From the NCBI GenBank assembly GCA_951406725.2, contig OX597827.1:83328001-83392000 (forward strand): 64,000 bases of DNA, written 5' to 3'. The stretch comes from Octopus vulgaris. Its lineage: Eukaryota. The notes below the pieces were generated by a model that saw only the letters and a program-made list of their open reading frames with translations, was not told where the DNA came from and ran no database searches. Shown piece after piece: positions 1 through 13,908 of this stretch. The translations under genes were made by a program, and so were the position numbers. Position 1 is the first letter of the stretch. Every line of letters starts with the position of its first letter.

Positions 1-1557
1 TAATGACATCAAAAAGTAAATATAATAAAATGAGAGACGAATGGAGAGTAATCAGGGTCATTTTTACATAATTCAAAACTTATTGATTTTAATCAATATT
101 AATACATTATCTGAAATCAAATGATTATTGATAGAAAATAAATATGGTTCCTCATTTTTGACATATCTATAAAAGATAGATAATTGATATCATTTTTTAA
201 TTCAAGCTCCATTAATTAAACACTAAAGAACAATTTTGTGTCTAGTCAGTAGGAATAATGAGATAATTATTAGATTTAAAGCTGCTCCTATTTTTGAATG
301 GTGTTGAGTTCCATTTAACAACTGAAGTCCATTCTGCAAACTAGAGACAAACCAATTGCAGTAACTAAGATAACAAACTGTTACCGAGGAAACAGTTAAT
401 AAAATGACTTTTTTTTTATCTAACACAACACCAAATTGTAATGGAATAGGGGGGGGATTAACAATAATACAAATAGTAGATGTGTTTAAGTTGCATTATT
501 TAGTTTCAGAGAAGTAATGTCCACAGCCGTTGTCATTGGTTACAACACTGGTGAAGTCAGTTTATTTGATATTCAGCTGGAGTTCTGAAGATAAATATTT
601 GTAGAGAAACATCGGCAAAGAAAGAAGGTTTCCTGAATATTTATAAAGAGAGAGGTGGAGGAGCAGGGCAAAGATGAAGGAATGAATAAGATCCCTCAAG
701 TGTGTCTGAGAGGAAGAGATCAAATGCATCAGCTGCAACCATCTTTGAAAGCCTGGAAAGGTCATGAGTTGTGTTTCTTCCAGACTAAATCATTACTGAG
801 GAGGAGGAGGAGGTTGTGAAGCAGCAGGAGAAGCAGGAGGTGGTGGTGGTAGTGGAGGAGCAGGAGAGCTAATGATGTTGGTACAAGTTATGTGTGGTTT
901 ACAATGTCTGTGTATGTTACAGGTGCACCACTCTAACATAAAGCACTGTTTTAGGTTGCAGAAAGCCAAGAACTATTCCAAAGTTCAAAAGTGATGGATT
1001 TGCAATGTCATCTTGGCCAAGTGCTTGTAATGTCCTGTCATCAGAAGTTGTATACAAACTGAGAAGATATAATGGTGTAGGTGGGATTCCTTTGCTATAA
1101 GTAATACAACAGACTGGGGATATCAGGTATGTTTATAATACTAGATCTTGAGAGCAAGAATAGTTCTTTGGTTCTAAAGTGGCAGAAAACAGTCACATAA
1201 ATGATGTGCTGGCTGTTTTCAACAGCTTCCAATTGTGAATGTTGTCCTTCTCAGGAACAAAATATCCTGACAAATGTTTCATAAACATTGGTATACTAAG
1301 TGCAACAAGTATGAATAGGGACAATGTATTGGTGGGAAGGGAAGTGCTATTGTGAAGTGAGGTGGCTGGGACTTAGAATGTCCGGGTATGTTACAAGTGC
1401 ACTGCTTCTACCTTGCACAGAAAGCTTGATGAATGTAGAATAATTGTCTGTTGTTTACAGATATTATCAAGAAAAGAAATAAAAGGTTAAAACTAGAAAC
1501 AGGAAACTAGATATAAGATAGCAAAAAATAAAACATACAGTATACTATACATATATA

Positions 1558-2385
1558 CAGGGTGCAATGAATAAATTGTCGCCATTTTATATTTACAATA
1601 TCGTTCATGCACATTGTTTGTTTTGGATTTTGTCGACTACACAGTATAGTAGGGTCAGTTGGGCACCATTTGTGAGAAAAACAGCACCATGAAGCAATTC
1701 ACACTGCCAGAAATTTGGAAATGATATACTGTAATGCTTGGCATTTGTGCCAGAAGCTCCAATATGAACATTTTGGAGTGTTTGGGTGTCGGAAAGAGTT
1801 GGATGAATTTAATGGTGATTACAAAGGTAAGGCAAATTGAAAAACTCCCTCTGTCATTCTGATAATAAAAGAACTCCTGAATTTGTTGGTGAGATCCAGG
1901 CCATGATTGACAATGATCCCTCCAAGTCAATCAGGTCCATCGCCAGGGACATGGGAGTGTCTGAGTTTCTTATCAGGCATTAATATATTAGGTATTCCTC
2001 ATACAAGATGAGAAAGGGCAAATTTTTATCCCAAGCCATCAAGGATAAGAGGAAAGACTGCTTTTGAACAAACTCAAGCAATCCCTCCAGCCAAACATGC
2101 TTTGGTTTTTCTCAGAGGAGAAAAATTTCTGCCAGGATCAGATGGTGAACACAGAACAACCACTGGCTTCCCATGTCCCCATTTACTAAAAGTTATAAAA
2201 ATCAAACATCCAGATAACATCATGGTGTTTGGAGTGATCACGAGTGATGGCAACATTATGCCTCCATTCATCTTCCCATGTGGCCTCAACTCAATACAGA
2301 GGCCTACATAAAGTGCCTGGAGGAGGTACTGCTGCCCTGGGTGAAGAGGGTGGCTGCTGGAAGACCTTATATCTGGCAACAGCTA
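1558..2385 (+). mobile_element. Tc1/mariner-superfamily DNA transposon remnant (maT/DD37D-like), 3'-truncated
   Basis: Begins TA|CAGGGTG. Frameshifted transposase pieces KHPDNIMVFGVITSDGNIMPPFIFP and EAYIKCLEEVLLPWVKRVAAGRPYIWQQ break off just before the second catalytic D. Confidence 0.8.
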
Positions 2386-2483
2386 TTCACATGGAAAGAG
2401 CACAGCATAAGGAGGGAAAGTCATGGTGGTGCTCTAGCAGGACCACAGCCACTTGGCTGAAACAAATATATATATATATATAT

Positions 2484-2515
<32 letters not shown>

Positions 2516-2579
2516 TACATATCTATATATATACATATTACATATCAATATATATATATATATATATATATATAAGATT

Positions 2580-3230
2580 GGCAACTGGTTGGGAAAAAAA
2601 GGTTTGAGTGGAGAGGTAGAAAGAAAGGGAGATAATAAAGTATTAGTGATCCCAAAACAAAGGTGCGCATACATGTGTGTATGTGAGAATGTGCAAGTGT
2701 ATGTGTGTGTGGATAGGGGCTAGTGACTTTGACATGTTGGATGAAGAGAGGAGAGGAGAAGTGGGTTGGAATGAAGAGAAGAAGTAGGTGTCAGATGAAG
2801 AGAGGGGAGGAGGGGAGTTGAGCTCATGTGACACAAAGGAGCAAAGAGAGAAGACTAATTCTGTTTCACAGTGAAGGCGGAAGTCTGGTGGCTCCTGTGC
2901 AAAGACAATCCAATCACAAACACATGACCGGTAGAGCGGAAATTGTGCAAAACCAGAATATCAATGCCCAGTCTGATGTCTCGGAGGTGCTCTGTGAACC
3001 AGTCATCTAAGCAGCGTCCTGTCTGACTGATGTACAGAGAAGGGCAGAAAGAGCAGGAGATGCAGTAAATGACATTGCTAGAAGTGCAGGTAAAGGAGTC
3101 AGTGATATGATAGGGATGATGATGGGTGCCTGTGAGGATAGTGGTTTAGGAGAGGTAGGGGCAAATGCAGCAGCATGGGTGGGAGCAGGGAAATGAACCA
3201 GGTTAGGAAAATTATATTAGTTAGAGAGAA
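2580..3230 (-). mobile_element. Penelope-like element 3' fragment encoding a GIY-YIG endonuclease
   Basis: Minus strand ~3120-2900 reads ITDSFTCTSSNVIYCISCSFCPSLYISQTGRCLDDWFTEHLRDIRLG, the VIY-CxxC-YIG(Q/E)TGR..EH pattern of Penelope-like GIY-YIG domains. Confidence 0.8.
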
Positions 3231-3258
3231 CAAGTGCTCAACACAATAAATATTCTGC

Positions 3259-3440
3259 ATTTGTGAGCTAACAAAGCTACCAATGGTTTCATGTGAAGAG
3301 ATCCTTACAATTGTTCAAGTATGTCATATGGAAGTGTTGGTACTCTTGGAGATAATCACCAACACTTCAATGTGCCACATTTGAACAATTGTGAAGATTT
3401 TTTCACATGAAACTGTTGGTGGCTTTGTCAATTCACAAAT
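3259..3440. repeat. Imperfect foldback (about 85-bp arms) next to the Penelope fragment
   Basis: atttgtgagctaacaaagctacc...gaagtgttggt is mirrored by accaacacttc...ctttgtcaattcacaaat. Confidence 0.8.
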
Positions 3441-3744
3441 AAAGTACACACACACATTAGTGAAATCAAATGAACAACAAGCAATAAATAATAAATGCAA
3501 CAGTTTGACTGTGATATTAATCTGTTATAAAACATAAACAATAGCACTCAGTTGAAGGTTAAGAAGTAATATAGCAAGAAAATATAGTTTGCATTGCCAC
3601 TAGGATGTGAAGAGAGAGAGGGTCTAATAATTTATTAGCCCAGACCACATTCTTAGCAGAGAGAATTATCACTGTGACTCAATAAGATGGCCAACACATT
3701 CAATGATTCTACACCTCACAATTTTACATAGTCAAGTGGATAAT

Positions 3745-4085
3745 TTATTTTTCATGTTGTGTTTCTAATGACTGGGGCATTGCCTTGAAGAATTTTTTTG
3801 TTAAATGAATCGCCCCTAGTTTTTTTTGTTTTTTTTAAGACTGGAACTTATTCAATCAGTCTCTTTTTGCCAAACTGCTAAATTATGGGGATGTAAACAA
3901 ACCGACATCAACTGTTAAGCAGTGGTGGAGGACAAACACAGACACAAGACAGGATTCTTTCAGTTTTTTTGTCTACCAAATCCACTCATGAAGCTTTGGT
4001 TGGCCTGGGGCTATAGTAGAAGACACCTGGCCAAAGTGGCACACTAGTTGGGAAGCAAACTTCTCATCACACAACTCTGCCTGTA
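3745..4085 (-). mobile_element. tRNA-derived SINE (octopus CORE-type family), degenerate
   Basis: Reverse complement matches the family body (gtgtcttctactatagccc..accaaagc..gagtggatttggtagac) seen at 10931-11258. Confidence 0.8.
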
Positions 4086-4286
4086 TCTTGGTGATAAAAA
4101 TACACCTACATAAATATATGTGTGTTTGTACCTATGTACAGACATCTTTGTAAAATTCAGATTGGTCACTAACAAAGTGACAAGGCTTTTTGCTTGAGCC
4201 AAAACAGATCCAGTGTTTTGTGGATATACTGCCACTCATGATATGGTTATATATGTCTAATTAGTACAAGAGAAAGAGAGAGTGTG

Positions 4287-4494
4287 TGTTGTAACATAGT
4301 TACTCATCACCAATTATTGTAGTATCGTCACTATTTATGATGATACTTGTTTAGACTATAACCGTGTAATCACAATAAGCATATAAGGAAGCAGGGTAAC
4401 AGCAACATAACAATCCAACAAGCTCTACACAAACCAACCAACAATATTCCAATAAACTACCAAAATGAGACCTGACCACTTTCTTCATTTAACA
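4287..4494 (-). mobile_element. Putative 3' LTR of the adjacent Gypsy element
   Basis: TGTT...AACA termini. Preceded on the minus strand by a purine (GA)n tract in PPT position, directly downstream of integrase. Confidence 0.45.
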
Positions 4495-4495
4495 A

Positions 4496-4549
<54 letters not shown>

Positions 4550-4559
4550 AGAGTGCTAC

Positions 4560-6590
4560 TGTTTATAGTCATTCAGTTTTTTTCGTTTGGCAACAATTTA
4601 TCAAAAATCGATTTAATCTTTCGTGCGAACATTAATTAGCTCTGCAGGTGACTTGCCTGAACTGGTATTCGGATTGGGTGTTATTCTGTACACCCTTAAG
4701 AATTTAGTTAGCACTTTGTTATTTCCGAACACCTTCCTTGCTTTTTTTAGTGCTTGTTTGAAAGTATCTACAAATCATTCTGCTTGCCCATTCAACCTCC
4801 GCTGGTAGAGTGGGGTAAACATGTGCTTGATTGCATGCATTTTACAGAGTTTCTCTAATGCGTCTCCTGTAAATTGTGTTCCATTGTCCAACATCTGGAA
4901 CACCATATCGAGCAAAACGTTCATGCAGGGACTTTACTGTTGCCTTTGAGGTAGGTTGACTATACCTACATACTTCTGGCCGTTTGGTAAAGTTATCAAC
5001 AATGGTCAAGTAGTACACGCCATTCACTGGTCCAGCATAGTCTATATTTACCCTGGACCACAGACTATCAGTCTCAAACCACAACTGGTATTTCACTGGT
5101 GGTGCCTTAGCTGCTAGCGCACAATCTCTACATGATTTCACCAAATTTTCAATGGTTCATTGCCAGCCAAAACACGTAACTCCTCATCAATGCTTTCATT
5201 CTTGACATCTCTGCGTGTCCACTAGGAAATTCATGTAATATTTGTTTCTGTAGTGCAGTTGGTACTACCACTCTTTGTGCGTCCATTAATACATTGTCAC
5301 AGAGTGAAAAATAGTTCACATTTGTGTTTCTCTTTTGTTTATTTTTCAAGGTTTCTTTCAATTTTATGATCTTTTTCCTCCGCTGATTTCCTTTTTATAT
5401 CTTGTACTGTCACTTGTAGCTCCTGAATGACATTTTAATTTTTCTTCAATTCAGCTGATGAGTCATTTTTACTGGTGGAACAGACATTTATTTTGTTACA
5501 GTACAGACTTATGGGGAGGTCCCATACGTCAAACTACATCCAGTCTGTACCGAACAGATTGGTTGCATTTTTTACCACAAAAATGTTTGCTCTACAGGTT
5601 TTACTACGAAATGTAATATCACTCCACATTTCGCCTACAAAGTGTAGTTTTTCACCTGTCATGCCTCAAGCAATTTGCAATGTTTTTCTTAACTTAGGTT
5701 TCCCAATTATTTTTCTGTTGGTATTAATAAGTGAATTGTCACTACTAGTATCTAGTTGTAATTTAATATTCACTTCGTTTACCTTTACATGTACATATTT
5801 CCTCTTTATGGTGCCATTTCTACTTTCTGTTGAGTAAACTTTAGAATTTTTTATGTTCAACCTTCCTAACTATACTCTGCAATGTGAGCTCGTGTGTCCT
5901 ATTGTTTTGACAACTGTAACATTTTTGTACTTTGAAAGGACAATCCTTCTTGAAATGCAGGGCTCCACATCTGTAGCATAGGTTAGATCTTGACATTTTT
6001 TCTTTTTTTTTTTTGTTTATACCTTCTGGGTCAGCAGGTTTCAATTTTCTTTACATCCTGACGTAATTTTACCATTCTTTGACACTCCTCTGCAACTGTT
6101 TGCAGAGTTAAACTTTCATCCGCCTGTTCAAGTTTCGTGAGAATTCTGGCACATATCTCCACATCTTTGCTTGCTGTAAGCCTTTGTACAAAAATGAGGC
6201 ACTTAAACATATCAGGAGTTAGTTCCTTCAATTTAAACCTTTTACACATTCAGTTTACAGTCCCAGAATGCATGACAAAGTCTTCATCCTCTTAGCAAGA
6301 TTCCAACACTCCCATCAAGTGTTAAATAGAGAACTCTTATCACTGAATAGTTTTGATAGTAGTTCAACTGTTTCCTGGAATCAAATTTTTGGGGGTAGTA
6401 TGAAATTACGTTATTTTTCATGTTTGGCCAGCACTAATTTACATAATGATAGCCTTACTTTCTTGTTGTCTGTCTGCGATCTACAATCTTCTCTGAAGAT
6501 TTCTTCGTACCTTCTAAAGTATGTTGCAAACATTATACCCTCCTCTGGGTCATAACTGAATTCTGTTATAGAGTTCGATATGCCGTCTGG
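4560..6590 (-). mobile_element. Ty3/Gypsy (K02A2.6-like) LTR retrotransposon internal relic: gag-protease-integrase, RT/RNase H missing
   Basis: Gag (FSYDPEEG..FATYFRRYEEIF), CCHC knuckle CYRCGALHFKKDC, protease LQLDTSSD, integrase Zn region (GH..MSRMKALMRSYVFW; CRDC) and core WSRVNIDYAGP. Many frameshifts. Confidence 0.9.
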
Positions 6591-6724
6591 TATATATATA
6601 TATATATATAAATGCATGTGTATATAGTGTGTACATGTGTATATGTATGTATACAGTGTACAGGTAGGAGTCCACCAAGTTTCAGTTCTCAGCTCCCTCT
6701 TGTTTATCTTAATCCTCCAGGCCT

Positions 6725-7970
6725 TAACAGAAATTCAAGACTGGCTGTCCCTGGGAGCTCTTGTACGCTGATGTTCTTGTTCCTAAAGCTGAACTACTAC
6801 CTAACCTAGAGAAGAAATTTCAGGTATGGAAGCAAGGTCTGAAATCTAAGGTTCTTAAGGTTAATTTAGCAAAAACTAAAGTACTAGTAAGTAGGACAAC
6901 AGAAAAATCACAAGTCCCTTCTTGGAGATGGTGTTGGTAGAAACTCCATACGTTGTACCCAGTGCAAACTTTGGACATATAAGAGGAGCAGAGGTATTAA
7001 AGGAAGGTTAATAAAGAATATAGTCTTTGTGTGTGACAAATATGCAGGTAAAAAAAGCACTAAAAATACACAGATAATAGACTCCCTCAAATGCTCAGGT
7101 GGATCATTAGCAGTAGTAGATAGCTTCTGTTGCCAAGGAGACCAAGTTAGTAGTGGAGGAGGTAGTTCTGAAAGTGTAGTTGCGAGGATAGAAACGGGCT
7201 GCACGAAGTTCAGAGAGCTCCTACTTTTGTTGGTAACTAGGGCCTTGTCCTCAGAGTGAATGACAGATTGTATGAGGCCGGTGTACATACAGTTATGTTA
7301 CATGGCAGTGAAACATGGGCTTTGACAACAGAGGACTTGTGAAGGCTTGAAAGAACTGAAACTAGCATGCTCTGCTGGATGGGTAATGTCAGGGTGCACA
7401 TATGACAGAGTGGAAATGATTAAAGAAGGAAACCGGTATACGAAGCAAGAGAGAAGACTCTGTTGGTTTGGTCATGTCATGCATATGGATGAGGAGAGCT
7501 GTGTAAAGATGTGCTGAGCTCTAATTGTGGAGGGAACTTGTGGAAGGGGTAGACCCAGGAAGACATGGGATAAAGTGGTGAGAAAGGATCTTCGCTTGCT
7601 GGGCCTCACTGAGGAAGTGACAAGGGACCAGGAGATGTGGCGATTTGCTGTACTTGATAAGATGCATCAAGCTAAGTAAAATTGCTGTCTTCCACACTTA
7701 CAGGTTGGTCTTTCCAGCTGCTGGTGCCACTTCAAAGGCACCTGGGCTGGTGCTGAGTTAACACACCCATGCTGGTGCTGTGTCGATGCACCCGTACCAG
7801 TGGCAGGTCAGAAGCACCTAGTGCACTCTGTTAAGTGGTTGGCATTAGGAAAGGCATCCAGCCATAGAAACCATGCCTCAACAGGCAGCTGGAGTCTGGA
7901 CAGCTCCATGTCAAACCACCCAACATATACGAGTATAGAAAGTGGACATTAAACGAATGTGATGATGATA
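6725..7970 (+). mobile_element. RTE-clade LINE 3' fragment with 3' UTR and (GAT)n tail
   Basis: Degenerate RT end (ELLYAD, GLKVNLAKTK, VVDSFC, MLHGSETW, GRGRPRKTW). Same family as 20395-23458. Confidence 0.85.
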
Positions 7971-8459
7971 TATAAAACAGCTGCTTTCCAACCTTTCTAT
8001 TTGGTACAGCTGATCTTATGCAACAAAGATGGAATCCAACTTTTAACATTCAAGGCTAGGTTCACAATTTGGATGATTCTCTTTTATCCTTGCCTAATGA
8101 AGAACCAAATTGCAGCAGCCAGGCAGAGCAAGGTGCCTCTACTAGGTGTGGGTGTATAAAGGGGGTACTTCAGGAGATTTGTGTGTAGCAGGCACAGTAT
8201 CTCTTTGATGTAAGCAATACTCAAATGTGCACCAACAATTCCGCAGAGTTTAACTATTTTCTGACCCTCAATAATTACTTTACTGTTTGGGGTACACATT
8301 TGTCAATATTATGTACGTGATGTGTAAGTGAAAAGTCATTGATTTATATAATGTGTAAAAACCAGTCACTGACATTAAGTATGTACAAAAGTAGACCATG
8401 TTTAATGTTAGAAAAGAAAATCTAAATGAATTTCTGTATAAATTATAAGTTTTAAAGAT

Positions 8460-8503
<44 letters not shown>

Positions 8504-8519
8504 TCATACACACACACAC

Positions 8520-8885
8520 CAGATATACCACAAGCTATATATACAATATATACCACAGGCTACATATACATAAACACCTCAAGTTATACACATCATATAT
8601 ACCACACTCTATATATATACAATATATACCTTAGACTGTATATATGTATGTATGCAAACTCTAAAAGTTACATACACCCCAAGCTATATATTTAATAGAT
8701 ACCTCAAGCTATATATTTAATAGATACCTCAAGCTATATATACTATATATACCTCAAGTAATATATACAATATATATCTCAAGCTACATATTTTATACAT
8801 ATTTCAAGCTATATGTACAATATACAGCTCAAGCTATATATACTCAATACATATGCCAAGCTCTCTATACAATATATACCTCTTT
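8520..8885. repeat. Degenerate minisatellite, ~23-25-bp unit (atacctcaagctatata...)
   Basis: Recurring tacctcaagctatata core. Consecutive tttaatagatacctcaagctatata units at 8691-8740. Confidence 0.85.
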
Positions 8886-9024
8886 ACATTATATATATAA
8901 TTTTTATCTAATTTCCTGTACCATTAAACTTGTATAAAATAACTCTTTACTACAATGTTCAGTATAAACTTTGTTTTAACAATATCCTCTCAAAGTTATC
9001 TTATCCAAAATAGAGCATATTTTT

Positions 9025-9237
9025 TTCTACTCAAGGCACAAGGCCTGAAATTCTTGGGGAGGGGGGCCAGTCGATTACAGCAACCCCAGTATGCAACTGG
9101 TACTTAATTTATTGACTCTGAAAGGATTAAAGGCAACGCTGACCTCGGAAGAATTTGAACTCAGAATGTGAAGACAGACGAAATACCACTAAGCATTTTG
9201 CCCACCATGCTAATGTTTTTGCCAGCTCGCCACCTTC
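9025..9237 (-). mobile_element. tRNA-derived SINE, second family (Meta/MESC-like central domain)
   Basis: Reverse complement has an A-box-like ggcgagctggca..ttagc, a B-box gagttcaaattc and a central gcctt.atcctttc.gggtcgataaa.taagtaccagt-type domain. Superfamily name is from recall. Confidence 0.75.
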
Positions 9238-10244
9238 AAAATAAAGCATATTAAATGACGCTTTTGATAACCCATCAGAGTACTCTAGAAATGTATCTTG
9301 TTAAACAGGTAATTACATTTTCAGCTTTGTTCAGGAATAAACTACAATAATTATCAGTCAGAACTGAAATTGAAACAAGGAGATCTCTGTCGGAAAGATC
9401 AACTTCAGAATGCAGTTGTATTTTTGTCCTGAGCTGAATCAAGTTTTGTCCCTTTGCAAGTAACCAAATTGAGATTATATATGAGTGAAAATTTTAGATT
9501 TTATTGTAATTTATTCATATAACCCATCTAATCAGATATTTACTTCATTCAGACAAATGTGTAAACATTTATATACTCTATCTTCCTCCTCCTCTTCTTC
9601 ACCACTGCCACCATCATCATCATCGTCAGAACCCATGTTTGAAACCTCAGCAGATTATGTGGCTGAGTTACCTTTCCTTAGATATTAAATTAATTTTAAA
9701 CCAAACTATTAGGAAGTAAAATAAATTCACACCTAATCTTTTTATAAGTAGAGGACATGGTTTACTGACCCAACAAGAAAACCTACTTCTATTCAAGTAT
9801 GTAGTTGAGTAGAAGGAGATTCAAAACACCTGGGAGACAATAATGAATTCAGTCCCTCACTCTTGGATTATAAACATTTGGTAACTTGGAGTCATTAACT
9901 CGTCAGAATAATCAACAAATATAGCAAAGAGTGACAGGTGTGATTAAGCTAACGTTGTGAAATGTTTGATGAACAACAGTTAATATGAAGACATTATTTT
10001 ACTATTTACAACAATATTTGAGGTAAACAGAACCAAGAACACCACAAGTCCTGATTTTGCTCAAAGCCCAGGGACACAAATGATAATTGAACACCAATTA
10101 CAAATGAAAATCTTTTTCACCTTACTGTTTGATAGCAGTGAATTTATAAAGCAGATATAAGAATATAGAATGATGTATCTGAATTTCTTTTAAATAACAA
10201 CAACACATTGCCATCACAAGTGTAAGTCTACAAATAATGAGTTC

Positions 10245-10420
10245 TAATCTAGCACAAGGCCACAAGCAGGGAAGAGAGAAGTCAATGATATCAACGCCAG
10301 TCCATACTTTATCTCCCTTGGAACAATGAAAAGTCAACTGCAGCAAGATTTGAAGTCAGAGTCTAAAGTGATTTCAATGAGATGCAACAAAGGCATTTTG
10401 TCTGCCACTCTAACCATTGT
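10245..10420 (-). mobile_element. Decayed copy of the second SINE family
   Basis: gcacaaggcc...atgaaaagtcaac...atttgaagtcaga parallels 9025-9237. Confidence 0.5.
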
Positions 10421-10930
10421 ATTCATTTAGAACCCTTAATAAGTCTATAAATAACAAGAAAAAATATTACATGATGTGTGACTAGAGTAAAACAATATAA
10501 CCAATAAGTTGTTAAAGACATCCAGATAATGAAATAAATGTTCACTGGATGATGTAATTGGCTGTTGTAGATTATAAACAACTTGTTGGCTTATCTTTAA
10601 AGTTTTAACAACATGGCAGGGGCCACTAGAAAGGGTCAAGCTTTGTCTTCAGCTTCAGGACACTTTAAGAAGAGATGCAGTATAACTATTTCTAGCACAC
10701 AAATCTACTCACAAGGCATCGGTTGGCCCAGGGCTATAGTAGAAAACACTGGCCCAAGATGTCATGCAATGGAACTGAACCTGGAACTAGGAAAGCCATG
10801 CTGAAATATTAGTAAATATATTTATCTTTGTCCTTTGATAAATTTAACTGCTGCTTGACTTTATTGCTTTAAAAATTAAACAAAAGAAATATTCTTTATC
10901 CTATTTTAAAAATGAAAAAAATTTAGGATT

Positions 10931-11258
10931 AGGCATAACAGTGGCTGTGTGGTAAGTAACTTGCTTACAAACCACATGGTTCCGGGTTTAATCCCACTGC
11001 GTGGCACCTTTGGCAAGTGTCTTCTACTACAGCCTCGAGCTGACCAAAGCCTTGTGAGTGAATTTGGTAGATGGAAACTGAAAGAAGCCCGTCGTATGTG
11101 TGTGTGTGAGTTTACATCCCCATAACTTAGCGGTTCGGCAAAAGAGACCGATAGAATAAGTACTAGGTTTACAAAGAATAAGTCCTGGGGTCAATTTGCT
11201 TGACTAAAAGCAGTGCTCCAGTATGGCCACAGTCAAATGACTGAAACAAGTAAAAGAG
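10931..11258 (+). mobile_element. Near full-length tRNA-derived CORE-type SINE with CR1-like 3' tail
   Basis: Pol III A-box gtggctgtgtggtaag, B-box gggtttaatccc, CORE-like cacctttggcaagtg, internal (TG)n and tail gtgctccagtatggccacagtcaaatgactgaaac. Confidence 0.88.
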
Positions 11259-12240
11259 TTACTCATTTAGTTGAAAAATGAATGGTCATGTTTGAAAATG
11301 AAACACTGATAAATATTACAGTGCTGCCACTGCTTACAGCAGTGAACTATTCTGCTGCATAGTAGTGCCTTGTTACAGCTAAAATGATGGGATCAGGACA
11401 CACAACAGTGCTGGTCACAGAAAACAAACTAACCATCTTCAACTGTAAACTATTTGATGAACAAGAATACATCAGTTAGTTATTATCAATAATTGCTCAG
11501 GTCATTTTTATTTTTATATTATCAAAACAGGTATTTATTCCATATTCTATAAATTTATTAATATCATTGGCACTCAGACGTGTGTGCATGTGTGTACATG
11601 TGTGCATGTCTGTTTATATTCCACATCACTGAATGAAAAGCAGGGAGAACAAAAATGGTGATGTTTCTGACATTCTCAGTTAACATACCATCTTATATCT
11701 CTGCACTTTCAATGACAAATGGAATCAAAAATTCATACTATGTTAAGACAAGGACACACACACACAGAGCATTTATGTTCATCATCATAATGAGCTGTCA
11801 ATAGTAGAAATGGAGCAGGAGACTGTCGTTGCACTACATGCCCACAATGTGAAACTCTGAACTGAACAGAAAGATCAAACACAACTTCTTTGCCTTCCCT
11901 AACAGCTGTCTAAAACAAATCCTTGTTAGAGCAGTGTTACATAAACATGCTTCACAATCCATTGCTGGCCAACCATAGATAACAACAAAGATTCAAAGAC
12001 TCATCAGCCACAGTGTGTGACATGCTAACCTTGCCAGTTCAATACTTTCCCTTTGGGAACATACATGAGGTAACACTACTTGTGTGGTGATTGGAGGATA
12101 ACATGTGCTGACACAGTGCAAAAGGCCACTGTCTACACCAGCACAAACAAGCTGACCTGATGGGCTTAGACATGTGAAGAAGTAACCACGTTGAGAGCCT
12201 GAGATGCCCCTAAGGTCCTCAAGTTATGATGTTTGCATAA

Positions 12241-12271
<31 letters not shown>

Positions 12272-13419
12272 CAACATTCACAGACACATGCATACATGCA
12301 CATACGTGCATATATATATATATACACATACACACACAATCATTCATTGTATACATCCCCATGGTGTATATGATGATCACTATTATAACATCCACTTTCC
12401 CATGCTTGCATGGGTTAGAATGAATTCTCTGCATATTTTGTAGAGTCAGATGTCAGTCCTGTCACCAATTCTCACCTGTTTCCAAACAAGGAAATAATTC
12501 TCCATTTTCATCAAGGATCAGAAAGAAATGGCACTGCTAGTATAACAGTGATACTTGATTGTATCTATCAGGAGACACAAATACATCCATGCACATGTGC
12601 ACACAGGATCCAATGCACCAGAGGACTGCATCAGGCTCCAATGTCTGCTTTGACATGGTTTCTACAGTTGGATGCCCTTCCTAATACCAACTACTTTACA
12701 GAGGGTACTGGGTGCCAAATAGCTCACAAGACAAGTTCATTGACTGAGTGAGGTGGGAGGAGTAGTGGAGAAGGAGGTGGATTTATGCCAGGTGCTAAGA
12801 GGCTAAAATAGAAAAGTGGGGCATGAGCAGTGTCTTGCAGTAGAGTTATCTGGCATTACATAAAGGTGGGTGGGAATAGCTGGAAATAAGTCAATGATGG
12901 TAGGGACATAGAAGCTGGTGAATAGAAGAGAGAATGTGGAGAAAGGATTGGAAAGAGTGGGTGGATAAGTTTGCTAGGGTGTAAGAGAAGAGTGACAAAT
13001 GGTTAGAGAGGAGGGTAGAAGTGAATGTAATGAATGATAAACAAAGGTGAAGGTATGGTCAATGTTGAATATCAGTGTGGGTAGGCAGAAAGTGAAAGAA
13101 ATAGGAGCCGCTCAGGAAAGAGGTGACAAGTGGCAGTACACATAAGGGTTATGAGTTTTTGATTTTTGATTTTTTGGGGAAGTAAACAATTTCCTGTATC
13201 AAAAGTCAAACAATTTCATATAAGTAAGAAAACGTCAGCCCCAACTGAAGAAATCTAACACCACTTTTGACCCAAATCATGAAAAATTCTAGTGGGGTTC
13301 ATAATGGATAACTGATAGCTCAAAAAGGGGATGAAATATGTAGTTCTCATATAATTACAGTAACTGTACAATGCTATAGTTAGAGAAGTGATGGAAGGAT
13401 GCTCCCTCTCCTCTCAAAA

Positions 13420-13752
13420 GCCTTTGTCTTGCAAGTTACTTGGAGATCCTGCTAGTGCTGGCACCATGCAAAAAGCATCCAGTCCACACTGCAAAGTGTT
13501 TGGCATCTGGAAGGGTATCCAGCAGTAAAAACCATCCCAAAACTGACCTCACCTGTACTGGTGCCACATAAAAAGCACTGAGTCCACTCTGCTGAGTGGT
13601 TGCTGTTAGGAAGGGCATCCAGCAATAAAAACCCTGACAAAATAGACTCTGTAGCCTAGGGTGGTCTTCTGCCTGGTTGGCTCCTGTCAAACCGTCCAAC
13701 CCATGCCAGCATGGAAGGCAGACATTAAACAATGATGATGATGATGATGATG
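13420..13752 (+). mobile_element. RTE 3'-UTR-derived short element with duplicated unit and (GAT)n tail
   Basis: ggaaggg(c/t)atccagc occurs twice. Ends ccaacccatgccagcatggaa..gacattaaac(gat)n. Confidence 0.8.
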
Positions 13753-13908
13753 ATTCTTTAAGTTCATTTATGGGAAATACTTTTGAGTGCACTCATAAAA
13801 AGATCCTATGCTATTATCTCTGGCTCCCGTTTATTATTCCCATCTTCCAGAATAATTGTATGGGATGATTACTAACCTGGTGCTGCTATAGTGTCGGACA
13901 AATATAGT

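Noticed and set aside
10931-11010. tRNA gene
   Set aside because: The A/B boxes belong to a SINE head and there is no full cloverleaf.
11328-11367. Hairpin cactgcttacagcag/ctgctgcatagtagtg as a pre-miRNA
   Set aside because: Stem is only about 15 bp and matches no miRNA I recognise.
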